A program made the translations under genes and the position numbers. Under the pieces are notes generated by a model. That model was not told where the DNA came from, made no database searches, and was given only the letters and a program-made list of their open reading frames with translations. Shown here in pieces: positions 1 through 8,325 of a stretch of DNA of 45,012 nt (within the stretch, counting starts at the first letter, position 1; every line of letters begins with the position of its first letter). This DNA is from Pseudomonadota bacterium. Its GTDB lineage: Bacteria > Pseudomonadota > Gammaproteobacteria > Burkholderiales > JABEVD01. Location: NCBI GenBank assembly GCA_021848705.1, contig JAJZTT010000002.1:1-45012 (forward strand). Direction: 5' to 3'.

Positions 1-34
1 ACAGCATTTTTTCACCGCCGTTTTTACCGGACAT
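1..34 (-). CDS. clpX: ClpX ATPase subunit, first 11 codons only (gene runs off the left edge)
   Basis: Reverse complement of 1-34 reads ATG TCC GGT AAA AAC GGC GGT GAA AAA ATG CTG (MSGKNGGEKML). It lies 27 nt downstream of the clpP stop and fits the conserved tig-clpP-clpX order. Too short to confirm by sequence alone. Confidence 0.55.
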   Translation of the reverse strand, partial: MSGKNGGEKML

Positions 35-61
35 TGCGCACTCCCTTCATTTCCCGGATTC

Positions 62-685
62 TCAGACCGCGCCCCTCGAGGTGAGGACGCTGTCGATCAG
101 TCCGTAGTTTACCGCTTCTTCAGCGCTCATGAAATAATCACGCTCCGTATCCCGCTCGATCACTTCGAGCGGTTGACCAGTGTGTTCGGACATCATCCCG
201 TTCAGCCTGCTCCTCAGATAGAGGATTTCCTTCGCATGGATCTCGATGTCCGTCGCCTGCCCCTGGAAACCGCCCATCGGCTGATGAATCATGACACGGG
301 AGTTCGGCAGGCAGTAACGCTTGCCCTTCTCCCCTGCGCCGAGCAGGAAAGCCCCCATGCTGGCGGCCTGCCCGATGCAAAGCGTGCTGACATCGGGCTT
401 GATGAATTTCATCGTATCATAAATCGCCAGTCCCGCAGAAACCGAACCTCCAGGCGAATTGATGTAGAAATGGATGTCCTTGTCCGGGTTTTCCGATTCG
501 AGGAACAAAAGCTGCGCCACGATCAGGTTCGCGGACACCTCGTTCACCGGCCCGACCAGAAAAATGACCCGCTCCCTGAGCAGCCTCGAGTAGATGTCGT
601 AGGCGCGCTCGCCCCGCCCGCTGGTCTCCACGACCATTGGCACGAGTCCGAGGGATTGCACATCGAAGCGTTCGGATTGCGGCAT
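62..685 (-). CDS. clpP: ATP-dependent Clp protease proteolytic subunit ClpP
   Basis: 207-aa ORF. ClpP hallmarks: [31 protein letters not shown], catalytic Ser context [11 protein letters not shown], His in RVMIHQP, Asp in [11 protein letters not shown]. Confidence 0.97.
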   Translation of the reverse strand: MPQSERFDVQSLGLVPMVVETSGRGERAYDIYSRLLRERVIFLVGPVNEVSANLIVAQLLFLESENPDKDIHFYINSPGGSVSAGLAIYDTMKFIKPDVSTLCIGQAASMGAFLLGAGEKGKRYCLPNSRVMIHQPMGGFQGQATDIEIHAKEILYLRSRLNGMMSEHTGQPLEVIERDTERDYFMSAEEAVNYGLIDSVLTSRGAV

Positions 686-687
686 GT

Positions 688-1986
688 TCAGATCCCCATC
701 AGTTCGTCGAATGTCAGCGGCTTGTCCTCCACCTTCGCCACGCCAAGCGCCCAGGAAACCACATTGTCCTCGAGGGCGAGGGATTCAGCGTCGGCCAGCC
801 TGGAAGGATCAGCATAATGCCAATTCACGAATTCTTCCGGGTGCTCGTAGCTTTGCGCGAAGTCCTCCACGATCGCCCGAACCTGCTCCGGCTTGGCATG
901 CAGTTCGTGCTCCTTGACGAGTTCGGCCAGAATCAGGCCGAGGCGAACCCGCTTTTGCGCCTGCTCGCGAAAGAAATCCGGAGAGAAGGGCATGTTCTTC
1001 ACGTTCATGCCGCGGGATTCGAAATCCTGTTTCGCCATTTCCATGAGGCGGTAGGATTCCATTTCCACCAGGGAATTGGGCAGTTCGAGGCTGCTTTTTT
1101 CGATGAGCGCCTGCATCACCTGATCCTTGGTCCTGGCTCGGATGCGGCGCTTCACTTCGCGACCGAGATTTTCCTCGATCTCCTTCCTGACTTCCCCGAC
1201 ATCCCCGCCTTCCACGCCGAGACTCCTTGCGAATTCGGCATCGAATTCAGGCAGCCTGGGCGCCTCGACCCGGTTCAGAAAGATGTCGAATACAGCGGTT
1301 TTGCCCGCCACTTCCTTGCCGTGGTAATCCTCGGGGAAAGTCACTTCGGCGGATTTGGCCTCGCCCGACCTCATGCCGATCACGGCGGCTTCGAATCCTT
1401 CCACCATGGCGCCCTGTCCGAGCACCACCACGAGTCCCTTTGCCGCTCCGCCGTCGAAGGCGAATCCGTCGATCTTTCCTTCATAGTCGAGATCGACCTT
1501 GTCGCCGCTTTCCACCGCGCGGTCGACCGGCTCGAAAACGGCGCGCTGCTTGCGCAGGTTTTCGATGGTCCTCTCGATTTCGGCCTCGCCCACCTCGAAG
1601 ACGGGGCGCTCGATGGTGACGCCGCCAAGGTCCCCCAGGGAAATTTCAGGATAAACCTCGAATTTCGCATCGAAAACCAGTTCTTCCGCGGCTTCGGCCC
1701 GCTCCTTCGATTCGAACCTGGGATAGCCCGCCACTTTCAGTTCCTTGTCGCGGATGGCGTCGGCAAAGCGCGCCTTCAACTCTTCCTCGAGCACTTCCTG
1801 CTCGACCTCGCGCCCGAATTGCTGGGCGACGACCCTGAGCGGCACTTTGCCGGGGCGAAAACCGTGCAGCTTGACGGTTCTGGACAGCTTCTGCAGCCTC
1901 TTGCCGACCTCCCGGTTGAAGAGTTCAACAGGTACTGCCAAATCGATATGCCGCTCCAGGGAACTGGAATTTACGCTCGTCTGCAT
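688..1986 (-). CDS. tig: Trigger factor (ribosome-associated peptidyl-prolyl isomerase)
   Basis: 432-aa ORF. N-terminal ribosome-binding signature [11 protein letters not shown], a central FKBP-like region, and position upstream of clpP. Confidence 0.95.
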   Translation of the reverse strand: MQTSVNSSSLERHIDLAVPVELFNREVGKRLQKLSRTVKLHGFRPGKVPLRVVAQQFGREVEQEVLEEELKARFADAIRDKELKVAGYPRFESKERAEAAEELVFDAKFEVYPEISLGDLGGVTIERPVFEVGEAEIERTIENLRKQRAVFEPVDRAVESGDKVDLDYEGKIDGFAFDGGAAKGLVVVLGQGAMVEGFEAAVIGMRSGEAKSAEVTFPEDYHGKEVAGKTAVFDIFLNRVEAPRLPEFDAEFARSLGVEGGDVGEVRKEIEENLGREVKRRIRARTKDQVMQALIEKSSLELPNSLVEMESYRLMEMAKQDFESRGMNVKNMPFSPDFFREQAQKRVRLGLILAELVKEHELHAKPEQVRAIVEDFAQSYEHPEEFVNWHYADPSRLADAESLALEDNVVSWALGVAKVEDKPLTFDELMGI

Positions 1987-2102
1987 TCAATTATCCTTGA
2001 TCTGAGATCCAATGAAATCATAACACCGCGGCAGGGCGCAGGAAGCCAGCCGCGTTCGTTTTCCGAATAGGGGATGAAACGATTATACTTGATCTGCCGC
2101 AT

Positions 2103-3662
2103 TCATGGCGAATATTGCGAACCGCCGGCAAATTCCCCGGCGAGCAGCTTGCGGTCGATCTTGCCGTTCGGGTTTCTCGGCAGCGGCCCCTGCCGCACGG
2201 AAATCCCCGAGGGAACCATGAAGGCTGGAAGATGGCTCCTGCAAAGCTCCAGCAGCGCTTCGGGGTTGGGCTCTGTGCCTGGTCTCGGGCAAATGATCAC
2301 ATGGATGACCTGCCCCTGCACGGGATGGGGTACGCCGAGCGCGACCGCTTCGGAGACGGTCTCGTCCGAATAGATCACTTCCTCCACTTCGGTCGGGCTC
2401 ACCCGGTATCCTGAGGTCTTGATCATTTCGTCGCGCCGCCCGATGAAATAGAGGAACCCTTCCTCGTCGGTGCGCACCGTGTCCCCGGACCAGACGGCGA
2501 TTTCCGGCAGAGGCAGTCCGCTCTCGCGATCGGGTGCCGGTTTGAAGCGCTCCGCAGTCTTGGCCGGATCGTTCCAGTAACCCATGGAAACCAGGGGACC
2601 GCGATGCACCAGCTCCCCCGGTTCTCCAGCCACGCAGGGGGAACCGTCTTCGCGAACCACCATGATTTCCGCATTCGGAATCGCACGTCCCATGGATTCG
2701 GGGCGCCTGTCCACTTCTTCCGGAGGAAGGTAGGTGGAGCGGAAGGCCTCGGTAAGGCCGTACATGAGATAAGGTTTCGCCTTCGGCAGGCGGGCGCGCA
2801 ATGCATCCAGGGTTGCGCGAGGCATGGCGCCGCCTGAATTGGTGAAATAGCGCAGGTCCGATCCCCATTCGAGATCGGCGAGCTGGATCCAGAGCGGAGG
2901 CACCGCGGCAAGACCCGTGATCCCCTCCTTCTCCACCATCTTCACGATGTCGCGCGGCATCAGGTAATTCATCAGGACTGCGGTCGCCCCGACCTGAAAT
3001 GCGGTGGTGAGCTGGCTGAGCCCATAATCGAAACTGAGCGGCAATACGGAGAGGATCCGGTCTTCCCGGGTATTTTCCAGGTAGCTCGCAACGCTCCTCG
3101 CCCCGGTCAGCATGTTGAGATGGGAGAGCACCACCCCCTTCGGCCTTCCCGTGCTGCCCGAAGTGTAGAGGATCGCGGCCATGTCGCTGCCGATGGCCCG
3201 ATGGGGAACGCCCTCGCCGGCTTCATTCCAGGAGAGAAGATTGAGTCCGGCAAGGGGATCGGGAAGATCGCCCACCACCATCACGGTATGCAGGTCGTGG
3301 CAGGTTTTCAGGGATTCTGAAAGGAGCGCGAGCCTTTCTGCCGAGGTGACCAGGATCCGCACGTTGCAATCCTTCAGGATGTAGGCGACCTGGTCAGGCT
3401 TCAGGATGGGATTGACCGGCACGAACACGCCGCCTGCTGCGGCTGCTCCGAACAGCGCCTCCACCGTTTCGATGCGCTTTTCGAGATACACGGCGACGCG
3501 CTCGCCACGGGAGAGTCCGGCTGAAAGCAGACCGGCCGCAGCACGCCGCACCGCACTGGCAAGCTCCGAATAATCCAGGGATTTTCCCCGATAGCGAAGC
3601 GCCTCTTGCTCCGGGCAGGCGTTCGCACTTTCATAAATCAGCTCATGCAGCAGATCTGCCAT
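2103..3662 (-). CDS. Acyl-CoA ligase / AMP-forming adenylating enzyme, exosortase-A-system-associated type
   Basis: 519 aa. AMP-binding motifs LYTSGSTGRPKGV, YGLTE, GDTVRTDEEGFLYFIGRRDEMIKTSGYRVSPTEVE and C-terminal PRNPNGKIDR. Last gene of the prsKR-linked minus-strand chain. The family (TIGR03098) is recalled from memory. Confidence 0.88.
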   Translation of the reverse strand: MADLLHELIYESANACPEQEALRYRGKSLDYSELASAVRRAAAGLLSAGLSRGERVAVYLEKRIETVEALFGAAAAGGVFVPVNPILKPDQVAYILKDCNVRILVTSAERLALLSESLKTCHDLHTVMVVGDLPDPLAGLNLLSWNEAGEGVPHRAIGSDMAAILYTSGSTGRPKGVVLSHLNMLTGARSVASYLENTREDRILSVLPLSFDYGLSQLTTAFQVGATAVLMNYLMPRDIVKMVEKEGITGLAAVPPLWIQLADLEWGSDLRYFTNSGGAMPRATLDALRARLPKAKPYLMYGLTEAFRSTYLPPEEVDRRPESMGRAIPNAEIMVVREDGSPCVAGEPGELVHRGPLVSMGYWNDPAKTAERFKPAPDRESGLPLPEIAVWSGDTVRTDEEGFLYFIGRRDEMIKTSGYRVSPTEVEEVIYSDETVSEAVALGVPHPVQGQVIHVIICPRPGTEPNPEALLELCRSHLPAFMVPSGISVRQGPLPRNPNGKIDRKLLAGEFAGGSQYSP

Positions 3663-4761
3663 TCACCTCTCCTTCGTCTGCGTCCCGGGAATCACGCAAT
3701 CTCAGCCGGTTCTGCAATTGTTTCACCAGGCCGAGCATCCGGCCCTTCAGCGTCGATCCGAACAGCAGGATCGATACATGCCGCCTGCTTTCGGTATCCC
3801 AGATCGTCTTGTGTCCCATCTCGTCTCCCAGAAAATCGAATTCCTCACAGCCTTCGTCGAAAGCACGGCGCAGCATGGAAAGCAGCACCAGCGCGCCGGG
3901 GGAATCCTCCCCGAATCTTTCCTGATAGGAGGTCTTCATCTGGCCGATTGCCGCATTCCATCGGTAGCAAAGACCATAAGCGGCAGGCTCGCCATTCATG
4001 TAAAGCACATTGGCGAGCAGCATTCCTTCCTTCGCCAGCATCGGAAGCAGCCTGCCGTGATATTCGAGTTCGGCCGGCCTGCCCGGAATATCCATGCCTG
4101 CGGACGCCTTCCAGCTTCCCGCCTCGATTTTCAGCATGTCCGCCAGCAGACCATCGCATCCTTCCTCACCTTCGAACCATTTCAGGACCCAATCCGGTTC
4201 TTCCAGAAGCGATTTTTCCTGCTTGCGCAAGCGGTAACGATGACGCTTGGACTTGGTGGAGAGGTAATCCTCCCACTTCCCGGCAATGGCCAGGTAGGGG
4301 GAAGATTCGCCGGGATGAAGCACATGCAGACACCCCTCCTCCCCGGCCAGTTCAGATACCGCTCTTGCAGTTCCCCCTTCTGCAGCGATGTTGAACATGC
4401 GCATCAGATCCCATCCCCTCACCCGCTCCATGAATTCCCGCAACAGATTCTTCTGCCCGTCTGCAGAAATGATTTCCTGGTGATAGGAAACCAGATTACC
4501 CCCAAGCTCGACAGTTCTCGCCCGGATCCCCAGAAGACTGGTTTCATGAAGGAAATAGGGAATCACGCCGGTCAGCGTTTCGCTTTGATCGAATTCCAGA
4601 AAAACCCGCCAATCCGGCCTGTCCTCGGAAACAGCCTGCGCGCACTCCATCCAGTCCGGCAACAGGGAAGGATTGAAGCCGTTCCTGGCAACGAGATCTC
4701 TCCAGGCGGGAAAATGCGCCGCTTTCGCCTCGCTCCAGGACAAATCCAGATACCGGCTCAT
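3643..4761 (-). CDS. GNAT-superfamily acyltransferase, CelD/BioF2/FemAB-like fold (Acetyltransf_6-like)
   Basis: The ORF-track entry 3643..5061 is trimmed to the ATG at 4761 (MSRYLDLSWSEAK...). That ATG forms an ATGA overlap with the upstream gene stop at 4758-4760. C-terminal FDFLGDEMGHKTIW resembles CelD-like GNATs. It overlaps the ligase start by 20 nt. Confidence 0.68.
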   Translation of the reverse strand: MSRYLDLSWSEAKAAHFPAWRDLVARNGFNPSLLPDWMECAQAVSEDRPDWRVFLEFDQSETLTGVIPYFLHETSLLGIRARTVELGGNLVSYHQEIISADGQKNLLREFMERVRGWDLMRMFNIAAEGGTARAVSELAGEEGCLHVLHPGESSPYLAIAGKWEDYLSTKSKRHRYRLRKQEKSLLEEPDWVLKWFEGEEGCDGLLADMLKIEAGSWKASAGMDIPGRPAELEYHGRLLPMLAKEGMLLANVLYMNGEPAAYGLCYRWNAAIGQMKTSYQERFGEDSPGALVLLSMLRRAFDEGCEEFDFLGDEMGHKTIWDTESRRHVSILLFGSTLKGRMLGLVKQLQNRLRLRDSRDADEGEVNGRSAA

Positions 4762-5921
4762 TCCACGACCTCTCCATATCCCAGCGCCGCCCGGATCCTG
4801 CCGATCATCCAGTCGATATCTTCTCCGGAAAGGTCCTGGTGACAGGGAAACTGGAAGACGCGCCTGGAATACTCCTCGCTCACCGGGCAGGTTCCCCGCT
4901 CCATATCCTTCCAGAGATATTCGCCGAAACGGATGACGGGCACGCCCGCTGATTTGAGTCTTTGAAAAACCGCCTCGAGGCGATCCACGAGGAAAGGAAA
5001 GACATGGGGCACCACCTTTTCGGGCAGCGCTCCGAAAAGAGGTCTGCCGCCATCGATGCATTCCAGCGCAGACTGTAATCTCAGGTAATTCGACCGTCTT
5101 CTTTCCACAATCCGGCTTTTCGAAGAGGATTCGATGATCCGTTTTGATGCGAGTGAAATCCTTTGTCTGACCCTTTTACCGTCGAAACCTGACGCCGGAT
5201 ACTCCTCTTTACCGGTATCTTCGCCCTGTTCATCCAGGTTCTTCATGACCTTCCAAAGCCAATCCTTGATGCCAAGCAGAGTTTTGGCCGGAAAATTGAG
5301 CATGCCGAGCCGGCCGTATTCAACGGAATGTTCGAGCGTGTTCAAAACCGACTTGAGCTCGAAAAACAGCCCGCCGGACTGCAAATCCTTGTCCGGAAGC
5401 GCGTGGCGCGAGGAAACCAGACAGGCTCCTTCGTTGACCGGGAAGAACTTCCAGGCACTGCCCACTGCATAATCCCCGTGGAATCCGACAGGATGTCCGG
5501 AACATTCGCCGAAGAAGGCATGCGCGCAATCCTCGATGAGGAGGAGCCCGTGCCGGTCGCAAAACGCACGGATCCTTCCCATTTCCTGAGGAAAGCCGAA
5601 ATAGTGCGGCACCAGCATCACACGGCTCGAAGGTCCGATCCTGTTTCCCAAATCTTCGAGATCAGCGGAGGTGTCGGCATGGATTCGATAGAAAACCGGA
5701 GAAAACCCGGCCCAGACCACCGGTTCGACCATGGCCGGACAGTGATAGGCGGGCAGCAGCACCTCGCTGCCCGGCTCGAGATCCATGAGCGTCAGCGCAT
5801 GCCCGATGGCCAGGCTTCCCCGATTAAGATAAATGATTTCTCCCGCATCCAGCAGGGAAGGCGCACCTGTTCCACCCCCGAACGAATCGCATGAAAAAAC
5901 CGGTTGCACCGGGAGTTTCAT
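4758..5921 (-). CDS. DegT/DnrJ/EryC1/StrS-like PLP-dependent enzyme (aminotransferase fold)
   Basis: ORF 4758..6290 is trimmed to the ATG at 5921 (MKLPVQPVFSC...), which forms an ATGA overlap with the upstream stop. Motifs: LLPAYHCPAMVEPV, LIEDCAHAF, and a putative PLP-lysine context DYAVGSAWKFFPVNEGACLVS (compare S-x-H-x-x-K...GEGG in DegT enzymes). Confidence 0.72.
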   Translation of the reverse strand: MKLPVQPVFSCDSFGGGTGAPSLLDAGEIIYLNRGSLAIGHALTLMDLEPGSEVLLPAYHCPAMVEPVVWAGFSPVFYRIHADTSADLEDLGNRIGPSSRVMLVPHYFGFPQEMGRIRAFCDRHGLLLIEDCAHAFFGECSGHPVGFHGDYAVGSAWKFFPVNEGACLVSSRHALPDKDLQSGGLFFELKSVLNTLEHSVEYGRLGMLNFPAKTLLGIKDWLWKVMKNLDEQGEDTGKEEYPASGFDGKRVRQRISLASKRIIESSSKSRIVERRRSNYLRLQSALECIDGGRPLFGALPEKVVPHVFPFLVDRLEAVFQRLKSAGVPVIRFGEYLWKDMERGTCPVSEEYSRRVFQFPCHQDLSGEDIDWMIGRIRAALGYGEVVE

Positions 5922-6973
5922 ACCGGGTCCTTCACGGCCGACCCCTTGCCCAGAAGATGCTTCACGGCATTTTTGGCAAGCTGCAGCAGCCCCGAGCAAA
6001 GCCCGGAAAAGGTCCGGGAGTTGTATGCGGACAGTCCCCATCTTTCCCGCCTGTGGCTCATCCAGTCGCGCTTGTAAGCGTCGTCCCCGGTGAGATAGTC
6101 GACTTCCTGCACATGGTCCACATCCAGCACATGCTGCATCAGGGCTGCGGTCAGGATGGATCCTGCGGAAAGCTTGGAGAAGCGCTCGTCGTAGGCGAGC
6201 TTGTAGATCGAGGCGATTCCGTCCTTCACGATCCACAACTGGGCTGCGATGGCCTCCTCCCCCATGTGGATCACGCCGAGCCGGAGCCACCCCATTTGCG
6301 CGCAGGTCCGGATCAGCCCCGGCATGAATTCGGGGTGCGGCTCCGGCACTTTCCAGCTCGAATTGTACACTTTCACGTAGGACTGAATCGCCCGCTCCAG
6401 ATCCTCCCCGCCGGTGACGATCTCAAGCCTTGCCCCTTCGACCGAATCGAGCTGCTTTTTCTTTCTTTTCAGAGTGTTTTTGAGTTTTGACGGAAGGGAT
6501 GCATGGTATTCCTCGTAAGATCTTCCCTCCACCTTCAGATACCAGTTTCCGAAGCAGAAATAGGGAAAGACGAACATTCCCGCTTGTCGAAACGCCTCCA
6601 AGGTCTTCTCGAACAGCGGGGAGTCGCGATCCATGGGATGAAGATCGACTTCAGTCCATTTCTCCTTCGCGACCTTGTCGGCCAGTTCCTGAAGATCCCC
6701 TTCCTCCCGGACGAGCGGCATGAAAAGAGAGGAGTAATAATTGGCGAGCGGCATGAGCCGACTCTTTCCCGGTACCTGCATCATGGGCAACACGCCCGAA
6801 CAAAGTTCCTGCGAATGCGCAACAAAGCATCTCGGGCGGGCTTCTTCGGGCAATCCATGGCGAAGCAGATTCGAGAACCAGGGAAGGGAAAGGAAAAAAC
6901 TTCGCTCCGACACTTTTTCGAAAAGCGCAGCACAATCGGGCGGAAGGTCCTCCAGCCGCTCGAAAACAGTCAT
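5918..6973 (-). CDS. GNAT-superfamily acyltransferase, CelD/BioF2-like (second paralogue)
   Basis: ORF 5918..7468 is trimmed to the ATG at 6973 (MTVFERLEDLPPD...), which forms an ATGA overlap with the prsR stop at 6970-6972. C-terminal DYLTGDDAYKRDWM is typical of this GNAT subgroup. Confidence 0.7.
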   Translation of the reverse strand: MTVFERLEDLPPDCAALFEKVSERSFFLSLPWFSNLLRHGLPEEARPRCFVAHSQELCSGVLPMMQVPGKSRLMPLANYYSSLFMPLVREEGDLQELADKVAKEKWTEVDLHPMDRDSPLFEKTLEAFRQAGMFVFPYFCFGNWYLKVEGRSYEEYHASLPSKLKNTLKRKKKQLDSVEGARLEIVTGGEDLERAIQSYVKVYNSSWKVPEPHPEFMPGLIRTCAQMGWLRLGVIHMGEEAIAAQLWIVKDGIASIYKLAYDERFSKLSAGSILTAALMQHVLDVDHVQEVDYLTGDDAYKRDWMSHRRERWGLSAYNSRTFSGLCSGLLQLAKNAVKHLLGKGSAVKDPV

Positions 6974-8325
6974 TTCAGTTCGAACCGGTCCAGAAGATGA
7001 TAGAGGGCTGCCCGGCTCACTCCGAGCAGTTCCGCCGCATGACTCACGTTGCCGTTGGTGCGGCCGAGCGCGCGGATCACCGCCTTCTTTTCGGCCTCCT
7101 CGCGGATCTGCCTGAGGTTGATCGGACCGGCCTCGCGCTGCGCATTGCCGAGAGAAAGGTCTTCCAGCGTGATCTGCGAGCCTTCTGCCATGATCACCGC
7201 GCGCTTGATGACATTTTCCATCTGGCGGACATTTCCCGGCCATTCGAAGCTTTCGATGGCCTCCATCGCATCCGGGGCGAATCCCTTGATCGAGCGCTTT
7301 TGCTGGCGGGCGTACTTGTCGAGCAGCGCATGGGCGAGCAAGGCTGCATCCCCTTCGCGATCCCTGAGCGGAGGAATGTTCACGGTGATTTCGCTGAGGC
7401 GGTAATAGAGATCCTCCCGGAATCTTCCCTGACGGATGAGTTCCTGCAGATTCTGATGGGTTGCGCACACCACCCGTACATCGACCGGAATCTCCCCCCT
7501 CCCCCCCAGGCGCTCGATCACCCTCTCCTGAAGGAATCGGAGCAGCTTCGCCTGCAGTGAAAAAGGCAAATCGCCGATTTCGTCCAGGAAAAGGGTGCCG
7601 CCGCTGGCATATTCGATCTTGCCGATGGTCTGTTTCGAAGCCCCGGTGAAGGCGCCCTTTTCAAAACCGAACAGCTCGCTCTCCAGCAAATTTTCCGGGA
7701 TGGCAGCGCAATTGATGGCGACCATGCGTTTTTCCGCGCGGGAACTCAACTGGTGCAGCGCACGGGCAACGAGTTCCTTGCCGGTTCCGCTCTCCCCCAG
7801 GATCAGCATCGTCGCATCCGACTGCGCCACCCGTTCCACTGTGCGGCAGACCTTCAGCATCTGCGGATCCGAGGTGATGATCCCCTGCATGGGGGTTTCC
7901 ATCTGCTTTTGCTGGCGCAGGCGGTAGTTTTCCTGCTCCAGCCGGTGCAATTTCAATGCCCGCCCGACGATGAGGGAGAGCATTTCCGCCTCGAAGGGTT
8001 TCTGGTAGAAGTCGTATGCGCCGAGGCCGATGGCACGGACGGCATTGTCCATGTCCTGGTTTCCCGTGACCACGATGACCTTGGTCGAAGGGGCGAGCGT
8101 GATGATCTGCTCCAGCGTGTCAAGCCCTTCCTTGGCGCCATCCGGATCGGGCGGCAGGCCGAGATCCAGGATCACCACGGCAGGCTCATAGCGCCGGATC
8201 TGCGACAATGCGCTTTCCCTGTCTTTTGCCACCTGCACATCGTACTCGTCCAGGCTCCATTTGACCTGTTTCTGGATCCCCAGGTCGTCTTCCACCAACA
8301 GCAATATGTCTTTTGCAGGCTTCAC
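6970..8325 (-). CDS. prsR: PEP-CTERM-box response regulator / sigma-54-dependent transcriptional activator PrsR
   Basis: 451 aa. Receiver domain (LLLVEDD...ILDLGLPPD), AAA+ sigma-54 interaction domain (GESGTGKE, GAFTGA, ESELFGFEKGAFTGA) and a C-terminal Fis-type HTH (NVSHAAELLGVSRAALYHLL). GTG start at 8325, overlapping the prsK TAG stop by 1 nt. Confidence 0.9.
   Translation of the reverse strand: MKPAKDILLLVEDDLGIQKQVKWSLDEYDVQVAKDRESALSQIRRYEPAVVILDLGLPPDPDGAKEGLDTLEQIITLAPSTKVIVVTGNQDMDNAVRAIGLGAYDFYQKPFEAEMLSLIVGRALKLHRLEQENYRLRQQKQMETPMQGIITSDPQMLKVCRTVERVAQSDATMLILGESGTGKELVARALHQLSSRAEKRMVAINCAAIPENLLESELFGFEKGAFTGASKQTIGKIEYASGGTLFLDEIGDLPFSLQAKLLRFLQERVIERLGGRGEIPVDVRVVCATHQNLQELIRQGRFREDLYYRLSEITVNIPPLRDREGDAALLAHALLDKYARQQKRSIKGFAPDAMEAIESFEWPGNVRQMENVIKRAVIMAEGSQITLEDLSLGNAQREAGPINLRQIREEAEKKAVIRALGRTNGNVSHAAELLGVSRAALYHLLDRFELK

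Noticed and set aside
2027-2054. Hairpin CGCGGC-N16-GCCGCG, followed on the plus strand by TTCGTTTTCC, between the EPS chain and tig.
   Set aside because: The stem is only 6 bp with a 16-nt loop. The T-rich tail is on the plus strand, where no gene precedes it, and on the minus strand the tail (GTGTTATGATTT) is weak. I cannot support calling it a terminator for either strand.
637-2070. Long ORFs antisense to confidently assigned genes, for example 637..2070(+), 8313..9575(+), 16013..17143(-), 20958..21905(-), 23224..24618(-), 25139..26395(-), 35250..36317(-) and 44070..44987(-).
   Set aside because: Each lies fully inside, and opposite to, a gene with clear family motifs. Their translations are Arg/Gly/Pro/His-rich low-complexity sequence with no recognisable motifs, which is the usual mirror-frame artefact of GC-rich coding DNA.
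4762-5061. Long N-terminal extensions offered by the ORF track, for example 3643..5061, 4758..6290, 5918..7468, 8325..10571, 10412..11950, 17409..18437, 36068..37405 and 36382..38406.
   Set aside because: The extensions overlap the preceding gene out of frame and are Arg/Pro-rich nonsense. In each case an internal start creates an ATGA-type junction with the upstream stop and gives a family-typical N-terminus.
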